Positions 46,078 to 56,049 of a stretch of 64,000 bases of DNA are shown here, in pieces. A program made the translations under genes and the position numbers. How positions within the stretch are numbered: position 1 is the first letter of the stretch; each line of letters starts with the position of its first letter. The DNA is from Salinirubellus litoreus (GTDB lineage: Archaea > Halobacteriota > Halobacteria > Halobacteriales > Haloarculaceae), in contig NZ_CP147841.1 of assembly GCF_037335815.1 (NCBI RefSeq), forward strand, positions 1,234,591-1,298,590, read 5' to 3'. The notes beneath the pieces are model-generated. The model saw only the letters and a program-made list of their open reading frames with translations, made no database searches and was not told the origin of the DNA.

Positions 46078-47885
46078 CAGAGGTCACCCCGCCACCGCAG
46101 GTACGACAGTTCGGCGAGGACGAACAGCAGCGCCCCGCTCGCGGCGAGCGGCGAGAAGTCGAGCGGCCTCGGGACCTCCTCCTCGCGCTCCTGGACCATC
46201 CCACCCGGACCGGTCGAGAGCGCCGGGGCCGAGACGTTCGACTCGGACTCGCTGAGCAGCGACGCGCCCACCCGACGCTCGCCGTAGCTGTAGAACCCCG
46301 TCTCGGTCAGGACGAGCGTCCCGGACTCGGGCGTCACGCTCCCCGCCGGCGTCTCGACGGTCGTCCCGTTCGGGACCGGCAGGCGTGCCCCCGTCTCGTA
46401 GTTGGTCGCCGGGAGCGGCTCGCGTCCCGCCGCCTCGTAGACCGCCCGCTTCCAGAACACCGGATACTGGTAGTGGAACTGGAACGCCGAGTCGTCCTGG
46501 AGGTAGCCGTAGTAGAGCAGCCGCCCCTCGCCGAGCGGCGCGCGGGCGATGAACGGCGAGCCGTCCGCGGTGACGATCGCCTCGGCGTCCCGTTTCAGCT
46601 CGGCCCGCTGGTACACCTGCGGCGGCGGGAGCTGGATCCCCCGGACCAGCGGGTCGCTGTCGACCCGAAGCGAGGGGTTGGTCGCGGTGCCGTTCGGCTC
46701 CACCGCGAGCAGTCGGCCGTAGCTGATCGAGCCCAGGTTCCCCTGCGCGCCGACGATGACGCCCCCGCCGTTCCCGGCGATCTCGACCGCCCGGTCCCGC
46801 GTCGACTGGAGCAGGCGGTCCCCGTCCACGCCCGAGAAGATCACCACGTCGTAGGACCGGCTGATGGTCGTCGGCGGGTTGTCGACCGTCAGGTCCACCT
46901 CGTCGAGCACCTCCAGGGCCGTCCGCAGGTACCGGTTCTCCTCGTTCGTGAGCAGGAGCACCCGTATCTGGGCCTCCCCGGGGCCGGCGACGTGGAGCCG
47001 GTCGTCGACGGGGAAGCTATCGCCGGGCGAGAGGCGCACCTCGCTGTTGCCCGTCGGCACCGGGAGCGTCGCGGTCCCGACGTCGCCCGGCTGGAGCGTG
47101 AGCCGTTCGCGCTCGCCCCCCAGGCTCACCGTCCGCTCGACCTCGCTCTCCCCGTAGTTCTTCACCGAGACCGTGACGTCCGTCCGCCCGTACTCGGCGG
47201 CGATGAGGCCGACGTTGTCGACCCGCCCGCCGACCTGCCTGACGTCGACGGTGTAGCCGCGCCCCCGGACGGTCTCGACGGCGGTCCGCCAGGCGTCCGA
47301 GCCGGCGAAGTCCGAGGCGACGACGATACGCGCCTCCTGGTCGCCGACGGCGGCCGCCGCCGTGATCGCGGCCGCGAGGTCCCCGTCGACGTCCGTGACG
47401 CCGGCCTCGTCGATGGCGGCCGTGGCGTCGTCGCTGCTCCCGCGTCTGAGCACCACCTCCGGGCTCTCCCTGGCGACTACGACCGAGGTCGTCCCCGTGA
47501 CGACCTCCTGTGCGATGGCCTTCGCGCGGGCGAACCGTGTCCCACCGTCGGCGTCGCCGATCGTCATGCTCGCGCTCGCGTCGAGGACTACGACCGTCTC
47601 CTCGACCGTCTCGGTGCCGCTGACGGTGACGTACGGCGAGGCGAGCGCGAGCGCCACCGCGACGATGACGAGCGCCTGGATCAACAGCAGGAGGTTCCGC
47701 CGGAGCTTCTCGAGGGCGGGGCTGTCCGTGCCGGCCTCGTCGCCCGACTCGAGGAACTCCAGGGTCGGCAACCGGAGCCGGGTCGGCTCCGGCCGCACTA
47801 GGTAGAGGAGGGCGAGCGGGACGAGGGCGGCGAGGGCGGCGAGGCCCAGCGGGGTGAGGAAGACGTCCGCGAGTCCTGCCATCAT
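46077..47885 (-). CDS. BatA-like vWA domain membrane protein
   Basis: N-terminal two TM helices, vWA core (VVVLDASASM ... VVASDFAGS); start ATG pair MM about 47880-47886 (track GTG at 47921). Confidence 0.75.
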   Translation of the reverse strand: MMAGLADVFLTPLGLAALAALVPLALLYLVRPEPTRLRLPTLEFLESGDEAGTDSPALEKLRRNLLLLIQALVIVAVALALASPYVTVSGTETVEETVVVLDASASMTIGDADGGTRFARAKAIAQEVVTGTTSVVVARESPEVVLRRGSSDDATAAIDEAGVTDVDGDLAAAITAAAAVGDQEARIVVASDFAGSDAWRTAVETVRGRGYTVDVRQVGGRVDNVGLIAAEYGRTDVTVSVKNYGESEVERTVSLGGERERLTLQPGDVGTATLPVPTGNSEVRLSPGDSFPVDDRLHVAGPGEAQIRVLLLTNEENRYLRTALEVLDEVDLTVDNPPTTISRSYDVVIFSGVDGDRLLQSTRDRAVEIAGNGGGVIVGAQGNLGSISYGRLLAVEPNGTATNPSLRVDSDPLVRGIQLPPPQVYQRAELKRDAEAIVTADGSPFIARAPLGEGRLLYYGYLQDDSAFQFHYQYPVFWKRAVYEAAGREPLPATNYETGARLPVPNGTTVETPAGSVTPESGTLVLTETGFYSYGERRVGASLLSESESNVSAPALSTGPGGMVQEREEEVPRPLDFSPLAASGALLFVLAELSYLRWRGDL

Positions 47886-48080
47886 TCGGTCCAGCGTGTG
47901 GGTGGATAAGGGTCTTTCCACCGTCGTCCGCGTTAGGCCGGGCGTAAGTCACCCCCTCGGACACCCGCCCCACTCGATCCGTCGTGGGCGACCGGACCAC
48001 CGGGTGCGGTGACGACCTCGCCACGGTGTTCCGGGCGCTACGTCCGGGCCCCTCGGGAGGTGTCGTCGACGGCTACGGGC

Positions 48081-48656
48081 TCACGACTTCGGGACGCAGA
48101 CCGTGCCGTTGGCCTCCGCGGTGAACGCGCCGTTCTCGTCGGTGTCCCCCCAGAAGAACAGGATCCCGGTCGCTCCCTCCCACCGGCCCGTTCCATCGGT
48201 GACCCGTCCCCGGCTGGTGAACTCGCCGTCGGAAGCCAGGTCGGAGTCGAAGATCCCCACGTCCTGTAGCGTCAGGGTCCCCCAATTGGTGGCTATCTCG
48301 AACACACCCCTGTAGGAGACGGTGTCGGAGGGTACTGTAGACAGCCCCGCCGACGGCACGAGTTCCTCGATGGCGAGGGCGGTTGAGCCGTTGAGCGGGC
48401 CCGCGCCCCTGAGGATCCCCTCGGTACTCGGAAGCGACTCGGGCGTCGGGGGCGGGAGTATCCGGCCGGCTATCTTGCCGCCGTTGATCGTGAAACACCG
48501 CTCGTCCGGTGCGGCACGGCCGGGAGAACTCGCTATTGCTCCCACCGTTCCCAGCCCGAGCAGGCCGAGCGCGGTCCGCCGCGAGAGCCCGCCGGGGCGG
48601 TCCGTTCGTGCGTCGGTGTCGGTGTCGGTCGTCTCGCCGAATGTGCGTGTTTCCAT
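48081..48656 (-). CDS. Tat-secreted hypothetical protein
   Basis: SRRTALGLLGLGTVGAIASS twin-arginine signal; ATG at complement 48654-48656; preceded upstream by extremely AT-rich promoter island. Confidence 0.6.
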   Translation of the reverse strand: METRTFGETTDTDTDARTDRPGGLSRRTALGLLGLGTVGAIASSPGRAAPDERCFTINGGKIAGRILPPPTPESLPSTEGILRGAGPLNGSTALAIEELVPSAGLSTVPSDTVSYRGVFEIATNWGTLTLQDVGIFDSDLASDGEFTSRGRVTDGTGRWEGATGILFFWGDTDENGAFTAEANGTVCVPKS

Positions 48657-48805
48657 CGGAACTACCCGAGGATAATTATAGCTATTAACTATTAAATTAA
48701 TACGTTCGTCCGTCGACCCTGCGCGACGGTGTTCCCGGGCGAGGACGCCCCGGCGGTGAAGGTGAGCGCGGCGTTTCCGAACGCCGATCCGATCGGTCGC
48801 TGTCC

Positions 48806-51800
48806 TCAGTCGTCGGTCGAGACGACGCCCTGGTCCTCGGAGCCGGCCGCGCCGGCCGCACCGGCGGCGTCGGGGAGTCGGTTGCGGACGTCGGCCTCCT
48901 CGCGCTCGGCGATGACCTCCGCGTAGGCGTCGGGCATCACCTTCACGAACTTCCCGAGCTCCTCCTCCCAGTGCTCGAGGACGTAGTTCCCGCGGTCCGA
49001 GTCGGTGTGGGCGACGTGGTTCTCGACCAGCCGGCGGAGCATCCGGCGGTCCTTCTCGTCGAGGTCACGCGAGGTCGAGACCATCCCGTGGTTGACCTTC
49101 GACTCGAAGTCGCCCTCGCGGTCGAGCACGTAGGCCACCCCACCACTCATCCCGGCGGCGAAGTTCTTGCCCGTCTCGCCGAGGACGGCCACACAGCCGC
49201 CGGTCATGTACTCACAGCCGTGGTCGCCGACGCTCTCGACGACCGCCTTCACGCCGGAGTTCCGGACCGCGAAGCGCTCGCCGGCCATCCCGTTGACGTA
49301 GAGCTCGCCGCCGGTCGCGCCGTAGAGCGCGACGTTGCCGACGACGATGTTCTTCTCGGCCTCGTAGGGGGCGTTCTCCGGCGTCTCGACGACGATCCTG
49401 CCCCCGGAGAGCCCCTTGCCGAGGTAGTCGTTGCCCGAGCCGGTGAGCTCCATCGTCACGCCGGGGGCGAGGAACGCGCCGAACGACTGGCCGGCGACGC
49501 CCTCGAAGTCCACGCGGATGGTGTCGTCGGCGAGACCGGCCTCGCCGCGTGCCTGCGAGATGCGGTTCGAGAGCGTCGCGCCGACCGCGCGGTGCCGGTT
49601 GTCGATCTCCATGTCGAGCGAGATCGGCTCGCCGCGCTCGATCGACCCCGCCTCCTCCACCGCGTCGAGTATCTCCCAGTCGAGCTGCTCGTCGACGTCG
49701 TGGGTCTGGGGGTCGACCTTCGTCCGGGCCTCGCCGGCCAGCGGCGCGATGACCGCCGAGAGGTCGAGCTTCCTCGCCTTGGGGTGCTCGACGTCGTCGC
49801 GCTGGCGGAGACACTCGACCCGTCCGATCATCTCCTCGACGGTCGTGAAGCCGAGCTCGGCCATGATCTCCCGGAGCTCCTGGGCCATGAACGTCATGTA
49901 GTTGATGACGTGCTCGGGCTGGCCGGGGAACCGCTCTCTGAGGTCCTCGCGCTGGGTGGCCACGCCCACGGGACAGGTGTTCTCGTGGCACTGGCGGGCC
50001 ATCACACAGCCCGAGGTGACGAGCGAGGCGGTGCCGAAGACGTACTCCTCCGCGCCCAGCAGCGCGGCGATGGCGACGTCGCGGCCCGTCTTCAGCCCGC
50101 CGTCGGTGCTCACCTTGATGCGCGAGCGCAGACCCGTCGCACAGAGCATCTGGTTGGCCTCGGCGAGACCGAGCTCCCACGGCAGGCCGGCGTTCTTGAT
50201 GCTGGTCTTGGGCGAGGCACCCGTCCCGCCGGAGTGTCCCGAGATGTGGACCGCGTCGGCGTTGGCCTTGGCGACGCCGGCCGCGATGGTGCCGATGCCG
50301 GCCTCGCTCACGAGCTTGACGTTGATGTCCGCGTCGGGGTTGCCCGCCTTCAGGTCGTGGATGAGCTGTTTCAGGTCCTCGATCGAGTAGATGTCGTGGA
50401 GCGGCGGCGGCGAGATGAGCCCGACGCCGGGCGTCGAGTAGCGGACGTGGGCGATCATCTCGTTGACCTTCTTCCCGGGGAGGTGCCCGCCCTCGCCGGG
50501 CTTGCTCCCCTGGGCCATCTTGATCTGCAGTTCGTCGGCGTTCGTCAGGTAGTTCGAGGTGACGCCGAACCGCCCGGAGGCGACCTGTTTCACCGAGGAG
50601 TTCTTCTCCGTCCCGAACCGTTCCGGTGGTTCGCCGCCCTCGCCGGTGTTGGCCTTCCCGCCGAGCCGGTTCATCGCGATGGCGTTGTTCTCGTGGGCCT
50701 CCGGCGAGAGGCTCCCGAGGCTCATCGCCGCCGTCGAGAACCGCTCGACGATGGACTCGACCGGCTCGACGTCCTGGACCCTGACTGGATCCCGATCGGA
50801 GACGAACTCCAGCAGCCCCCGCAGGCTCTGGAGGTTCTCCGTCTGGTCGTTCATCATCTCCGCGAAGTCCCCGTACCGCTCGTAGTCGCCCGTGCGGACC
50901 GCCTGCTGGAGCGTCCCCACCGACTTGGGGTTCCACTCGTGGAACATCCCGTTCGAGCGGTGCTCGTACTCGCCCTGGTGTTCGAGGGTGACGTCCTCGT
51001 CGAAGGCGACCTCGTGGCGGCGCTCGAGATCGGTTTCGAGGTCGCCGATGTCGATCCCCTCCGTCCTCGCGGTGGTCCCCTCGAAGTACTCGGAGACGAG
51101 CTCCGAGGAGAGGCCCACGGCCTCGAATATCTGGGCCCCCTGGTAGGACTCCACGGTCGAGATGCCCATCTTCGCCATCGTCTTGAGGAGGCCGTCCTCG
51201 ACCGCTCCCACGTAGGAGTCGATGGCCTCCTCGACGTCCGCGCCGTCCGGCCCGGCGACGATGTCGGCGATGGACTGGTAGGCGAGGTAGGGGTTGATCG
51301 CTCCCGCGCCGTAGCCCACGAGCGTCGCGAAGTGGTGGACCGCACGCGGGTCGCCCGACTCGAGGACGAGTCCGACGTGGTTGCGCAGGCCGTTCCGGAC
51401 GAGGTGGTGGTGTACCCCACCGACGGCGAGCAGCGAGGGGACGGGCACCCGATCTTCGCCGGCGTTCCGATCCGAGAGCACGAGGATGTCGTGTTCGTGG
51501 GCGGCCTCGGTCGCGTCGGCCCGCACCCGGCGAACCGCGTCCTCGAGCGTCGGGACCTCCTCGGGATCGTAGGTGATGTCGACGACGGCCGTCGAGAGCC
51601 CGGTAGAGCCGTCGAGGTCCTTGATCGCCGCGGTTTCGGCGTCGGTCAGGACGGGCGAGTCACACACCAGCTGGCGGGCGTGTTCCGGCGTCTCGCCGAG
51701 CAGGTTCCCCTGGGGGCCGAGCCGGGTCTCCATCGACGTGACGAGCTCCTCGCGGATGTAGTCGATCGGCGGGTTCGACACCTGCGCGAACAGCTGCTTG

Positions 51801-53401
51801 AAGTAGGTAAAGAGTGGGCGGTTGAACTGCGACAGGACGGACAGCGGCGTGTCGTCGCCCATCGAGCCCACCGGGTCCTTCCCCTGCTCGACCATCGGCT
51901 CGATGAGGTGGTTCATCTCGTCCTGGGTGTAGCCGTACAGCGCCTGGTGCGAGCGGAGCCCGCCCACCTCCTCGTGGGGCGTCCGATCGGTACCGTCGTC
52001 GAGGTCGCCGAGCGAGACCTGGTTCCCGCGGACCCACTCGCCGTACTTCGAATCGAGCAGGCCCTCGAACACCTCATCGTCGGGCACGATGCGGCCCTCC
52101 TCGGGGTCGACGAGGAAGAGCTGTCCCGGCTGGAGCCGGCCGCGCTCGACGATCTCGGCGGGGTCGTGGTCGAGCGCGCCGGCCTCGCTCGCCATCACGA
52201 GCGTGCCCTCCTCGAGGACGTCGTACCGGCAGGGTCGTAGCCCGTTCCGGTCGAGGACGGCTCCGATGCGGTCGCCGTCCGTGGCCGCGACCAGCGCGGG
52301 GCCATCCCACGGTTCGACCAGCGAGGCGTGGTAGTCGTACCACTCCTGGCGCTCCTCGCTCACCCGGTTCTCGGGCTTGCGCCACGCCTCGGGGATGAGC
52401 ATCCGGAGCGCGTGGGGCAGGTCGCGGCCGCCCTTCATCAGCAGTTCGAGCGCGTTGTCGACGCTCGCCGTGTCGGACTGCTCGGGGTCGTCGATGATCG
52501 GCTTGACCGTCTCGATATCGGAGCCGAAGTCGGGGTGGGCGATGTCGGTCTCCCGGGCCCGCATCCAGTTGATGTTCCCCTGGATGGTGTTGAACTCGCC
52601 GTTGTGGATGATGGTCCGGTAGGGGTGGGCGAGGTGCCACGCGCCGAGCGTGTTCGTCGAGAACCGGGCGTGGACCATCGCGAACGTCGTCTCCATCCGC
52701 TCGTCGGTGAGTTCCGGGAAGTAACGTGGGAGCTGATCGGCCTTCAGCAGCCCCTTGTAGACGACGGTCTTGCGGTCGAGCGAGCAGACGTAGAAGCGCT
52801 CGCCGCCCGAGATCCCCTCCTCGTCGATCCGGTTCTCGACGTCCCGTCGCGCGACGTAGAGCGCCCGGTCGAACGCCTCCGCGTCCATCCTCTCCTCATC
52901 CTCCGCTCCTCCCTTCGAGAGCCCGCCCTCCGGACGGACGAAGACCTGGGCGACGCGGGGTTCCGACTCCCGGGCCGTCCGGCCGATGTCGGCGGCCTCC
53001 GCGTCGGTGGGGACGTCCCGCCAGTGGAACGCCTCGAGCCCGTGCTCGGCGAACGCCGACTCGAAGACCCGCCGCAGTCGCTCGCCCGCCTCGCGGTCCT
53101 GGGGGAGAAACAGCGTCCCGACGGCGTACGCCCGGGCCGGCGGGAGGTCGACGTCGAGCTCCTCGGCGAAGAACCGATGTGGGGTCTGGAGCAGCACTCC
53201 GGCGCCGTCACCGGTGTTCCGCTCCGCCCCGGTCGTCCCCCGGTGTTCGAGGTTCTCGAGCAGTTCCAGTCCGTCCGCGAGCACGTCGTGGCCGCCGTCA
53301 CCGTCGAGGTCGTAGACGACCCCTACGCCACAGGACCCGCGGTAGTCGTCCGGCGACGCGAGCCCGGCTACGCCCGCGTCGGCGTCCCTTCGGTCTGACA
53401 T
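48806..53401 (-). CDS. gltB: glutamate synthase large subunit
   Basis: 1531 aa; N-terminal amidotransferase Cys (CGVGV), FMN/GXGXXG and 3Fe-4S cluster cysteines, C-terminal GXGG beta-helix; ATG (MSDRRDAD) at complement 53399-53401. Confidence 0.95.
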   Translation of the reverse strand: MSDRRDADAGVAGLASPDDYRGSCGVGVVYDLDGDGGHDVLADGLELLENLEHRGTTGAERNTGDGAGVLLQTPHRFFAEELDVDLPPARAYAVGTLFLPQDREAGERLRRVFESAFAEHGLEAFHWRDVPTDAEAADIGRTARESEPRVAQVFVRPEGGLSKGGAEDEERMDAEAFDRALYVARRDVENRIDEEGISGGERFYVCSLDRKTVVYKGLLKADQLPRYFPELTDERMETTFAMVHARFSTNTLGAWHLAHPYRTIIHNGEFNTIQGNINWMRARETDIAHPDFGSDIETVKPIIDDPEQSDTASVDNALELLMKGGRDLPHALRMLIPEAWRKPENRVSEERQEWYDYHASLVEPWDGPALVAATDGDRIGAVLDRNGLRPCRYDVLEEGTLVMASEAGALDHDPAEIVERGRLQPGQLFLVDPEEGRIVPDDEVFEGLLDSKYGEWVRGNQVSLGDLDDGTDRTPHEEVGGLRSHQALYGYTQDEMNHLIEPMVEQGKDPVGSMGDDTPLSVLSQFNRPLFTYFKQLFAQVSNPPIDYIREELVTSMETRLGPQGNLLGETPEHARQLVCDSPVLTDAETAAIKDLDGSTGLSTAVVDITYDPEEVPTLEDAVRRVRADATEAAHEHDILVLSDRNAGEDRVPVPSLLAVGGVHHHLVRNGLRNHVGLVLESGDPRAVHHFATLVGYGAGAINPYLAYQSIADIVAGPDGADVEEAIDSYVGAVEDGLLKTMAKMGISTVESYQGAQIFEAVGLSSELVSEYFEGTTARTEGIDIGDLETDLERRHEVAFDEDVTLEHQGEYEHRSNGMFHEWNPKSVGTLQQAVRTGDYERYGDFAEMMNDQTENLQSLRGLLEFVSDRDPVRVQDVEPVESIVERFSTAAMSLGSLSPEAHENNAIAMNRLGGKANTGEGGEPPERFGTEKNSSVKQVASGRFGVTSNYLTNADELQIKMAQGSKPGEGGHLPGKKVNEMIAHVRYSTPGVGLISPPPLHDIYSIEDLKQLIHDLKAGNPDADINVKLVSEAGIGTIAAGVAKANADAVHISGHSGGTGASPKTSIKNAGLPWELGLAEANQMLCATGLRSRIKVSTDGGLKTGRDVAIAALLGAEEYVFGTASLVTSGCVMARQCHENTCPVGVATQREDLRERFPGQPEHVINYMTFMAQELREIMAELGFTTVEEMIGRVECLRQRDDVEHPKARKLDLSAVIAPLAGEARTKVDPQTHDVDEQLDWEILDAVEEAGSIERGEPISLDMEIDNRHRAVGATLSNRISQARGEAGLADDTIRVDFEGVAGQSFGAFLAPGVTMELTGSGNDYLGKGLSGGRIVVETPENAPYEAEKNIVVGNVALYGATGGELYVNGMAGERFAVRNSGVKAVVESVGDHGCEYMTGGCVAVLGETGKNFAAGMSGGVAYVLDREGDFESKVNHGMVSTSRDLDEKDRRMLRRLVENHVAHTDSDRGNYVLEHWEEELGKFVKVMPDAYAEVIAEREEADVRNRLPDAAGAAGAAGSEDQGVVSTDD

Positions 53402-53756
53402 ACCACGATCTAGCCACAGGCTTCTTATGAGGCTTCGCTTCAAGGACTAATGGTTCATAAAACGCAACTTAGGCTATTAATACAGAATGAGGTCTCCACA
53501 GGGGGGTAAACGACCGTCCAGTGGGAGCACGACTCGTGGCCTGTTTGATTGTTTAACCCGCTCGAGTACACCTGAGGTTACCGATTCCGGCGGTATTTGA
53601 CAGGATTCCTCATCGGATGGTCCGAATCCTGACGGTCCGAAACAGTGTACTCACGATAGACAGGACGCATCGCCCCGGGCACGACCGCTCCCGGACCGCG
53701 AGGCCACGGGGGTACCGGGGCCAGTTCGACGACCGATCCCCGGAATACCATCACCG

Positions 53757-53816
53757 CTCGAACAGCAGGCTCTCACGGCTACTCGAACGCCCGGGCCTCA
53801 CAGCGCACCCTCGAAC
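53757..53816 (+). repeat. three phased CTCGAAC direct repeats (25 and 28 nt spacing) in ORF-free gltB-proS intergenic region
   Basis: CTCGAAC at 53757, 53782, 53810 plus degenerate GCTCGACC at 53884; perfect hairpin GAGGCGGCC-TGAC-GGCCGCCTC at about 53846-53867; GACGC-TTC-GCGTC hairpin then T5 runs at 53924-53928 and 53941-53945. Confidence 0.4.
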
Positions 53817-54004
53817 ACAGGAGGGGAGCTAAACCCCCGTACCGCGAGGCGGCCTGACGGCCGCCTCACGGGCACTCCGCGCCCGCTCGACCATTCCCCG
53901 ACGCTTCGCGTCGCGCGCCGAGCGGCCTTTTTCACCCATGTTTTTGGACCGGGGTCCACAGCGAGCGGAGCGAGCGAGGACCCCCGGCTGGAAAAAGATG
54001 GTCG

Positions 54005-55468
54005 CTAGTAGTTCCGCGCGAAGTAGGCCGTCTCCACGGCCTCCTCACCGCAGATCCCGCAGGTGTCGTGGACGGGTTCCTCGTCCTCGTCGAGCGGGAG
54101 GAGCACGATCTCGGCGGCGACGTTCTCCTTGATCTCCGCCTCGCAGTCCTCGTCGCCACACCAGCCGGTCTTCACGTAGCCGCCGTGGCGGCCGACGGTT
54201 CCGAGGATCTCGTCGCGGCCGTGAACTTCCCGGATGTTCTCCTCTAAGTTCTCCTCGGCGGCGGCGTAGAGCTTCGCGTAGACGGTGTCGAGCGCCTCGT
54301 CGACCGTGCCTCCGATGTCCTCCCGGTCGGCGACCTCGCGCTCGCCGTCCGGGCGGTGGACGAGCGTGGCCTCGCCGTCCTCGACCTCGTTGGGGCCGAC
54401 CTCGATCCGGAGGGGCACGCCCTTCAGCTCCCACTCGTTGTACTTGAAGCCGGGGTTGCGCTCGTCGCGGTCGTCCAGGTTCACGCGGAACTCGGCACCG
54501 AGGTCGTCGGCGAGGTCGCCGGCGTACTCCAGCACGTCGTCCTTCGTCTCCTCGTTCCAGATGGGGACGATCACGACCTGCGTGGGCGCGAGCGTCGGGG
54601 GCAGGACGAGCCCCTGATCGTCGGAGTGGGTCATGATGAGCGCGCCGAGCGCCCGCCAGGAGAGCCCCCACGAGGTGGTGTGCGCCACCTGTTCCTCCTC
54701 GTCCTCGTCGGTGTAGTAGACGTCGTAGGCCTCGGCGAACCCCGTCCCCAGGTAGTGGCTGGTACAGGCCTGGACGGACTTGCCGTCGGGCATCAGCGCC
54801 TCGATGGTGGTCGTCGTGTCCGCGCCGGGGAACTTGTCGTGGTCGGGTTTACGACCCTTGAGCCCGGGGATCGCCATCACCTCCTCGTAGAGGCGGTGGT
54901 ACTGGTCGAGCCGGGTCATCGTCTCGTCCCAGGCGCCGTCGCGGTCGCGGTGTGCGGTGTGGCCCTCCTGCCAGAGGAACTCCTTGGTGCGGAAGAACGG
55001 TTTGGTGTCCGTCGCCTCCCACCGGATGACCGAGCACCACTGGTTCACGCGGAGGGGGAGGTCGCGGTGGCTCCGGACCCACTGGCTGACGAACGGGGTG
55101 ATGATCGACTCGCTGGTCGGCCGGACCGCGAGTCGTTCGTCGAGCTCCTCCCGACCGGCGTGGGTGACCCAGGCGACCTCGGGGTCGAACCCCTCAACGA
55201 TCTCGGACTCGCGTTCGAGGTAGCTCTCGGGGATGAGGACGGGGAAGTAGGCGTTCTGTACCCCCGTCTGCTTGAACATCCCATCGAGGTTCTCCTGGAG
55301 CCGCTCCCAGAGGGCGTATCCTCTGGGCCTGGTGACGATGAACCCGCCCATGGGGGCGTAGTCGGCCAGTTCGGCCTTCCGCACTACCTCGGCGTACCAG
55401 TCGCCGGTGCTGTGCTCCTTGGACTCGGTGATCCCGAGTTCTTGGTCCTGATCCGTCGCGTCGCTCAT
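54005..55468 (-). CDS. proS: proline--tRNA ligase (archaeal/eukaryotic type)
   Basis: 487 aa; class II aaRS motifs, C-terminal zinc-binding CGICGEE ... archaeal-type C-terminal domain ending ...AYFARNY; oligo-T 8 nt after stop. Confidence 0.95.
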   Translation of the reverse strand: MSDATDQDQELGITESKEHSTGDWYAEVVRKAELADYAPMGGFIVTRPRGYALWERLQENLDGMFKQTGVQNAYFPVLIPESYLERESEIVEGFDPEVAWVTHAGREELDERLAVRPTSESIITPFVSQWVRSHRDLPLRVNQWCSVIRWEATDTKPFFRTKEFLWQEGHTAHRDRDGAWDETMTRLDQYHRLYEEVMAIPGLKGRKPDHDKFPGADTTTTIEALMPDGKSVQACTSHYLGTGFAEAYDVYYTDEDEEEQVAHTTSWGLSWRALGALIMTHSDDQGLVLPPTLAPTQVVIVPIWNEETKDDVLEYAGDLADDLGAEFRVNLDDRDERNPGFKYNEWELKGVPLRIEVGPNEVEDGEATLVHRPDGEREVADREDIGGTVDEALDTVYAKLYAAAEENLEENIREVHGRDEILGTVGRHGGYVKTGWCGDEDCEAEIKENVAAEIVLLPLDEDEEPVHDTCGICGEEAVETAYFARNY

Positions 55469-55617
55469 GGTCGTGAGTGTGTCAGCGTGGTCTTAAACAC
55501 GGCGCGTTCGTCGCCGGGGGCCGCCCGAGAGGGATCAGGAGGGTTCACCCTGCGGACCCGGACAGGAGAAGACTACCGACGGCCCGGGAGCGGACAGCGG
55601 CGGAAAGGTGATAAGGG

Positions 55618-56046
55618 ATGGAGGCCGACCGACACCCGAGAAGGATGACGAACGAGCCCCCCTCTAGCGCGGACCTCGACGTGGTCCTCGGGGTCATCTC
55701 CGAACGGGAGCGCCGGTTCGCGCTGTATTACCTGCGCGAGCGCGAGTCGACGTCGGTCCGTCGGCTGGCCGACGTCGTCGGGACGTGGCTGGCCGTCGAG
55801 GACGGGACGGCTCCCGCGAACGTCGAGGAGCGCGACCGCCTTATCGAGGCGCTCCGCGGGACGCACCTGCCGGCGCTCTCCGACGTCGGACTCCTCGAGT
55901 TCGACCGGGAAGCCGACGAGGTGACGCTGGTCCCGCCGTGTGGGGTCGTCGACCCGCTCCTCGAGACGACGGCGTCGCTGGAACAGGCGACGCGGGTGCC
56001 ACCGTCGGCCGAGGCGGCGGCCGCCCGGAACGAACGAACGCTGTAG
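55618..56046 (+). CDS. hypothetical HTH-like haloarchaeal protein
   Basis: ATG at 55618 with upstream GGTGATAAGGG; RRFALYYLRERESTSVRRLADVV winged-helix-like segment. Confidence 0.5.
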   Translation: MEADRHPRRMTNEPPSSADLDVVLGVISERERRFALYYLRERESTSVRRLADVVGTWLAVEDGTAPANVEERDRLIEALRGTHLPALSDVGLLEFDREADEVTLVPPCGVVDPLLETTASLEQATRVPPSAEAAAARNERTL

Positions 56047-56049
56047 GCC

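Noticed and set aside
53757-53816. Possible CRISPR array
   Set aside because: The repeats are only 7 nt with about 20-nt spacers and only three or four units. No cas genes are present. It is not CRISPR.
53617-53832. 71-aa ORF in the gltB-proS intergenic region
   Set aside because: R/S/H-rich and not GC3-biased. The region is better explained as regulatory or ncRNA DNA.
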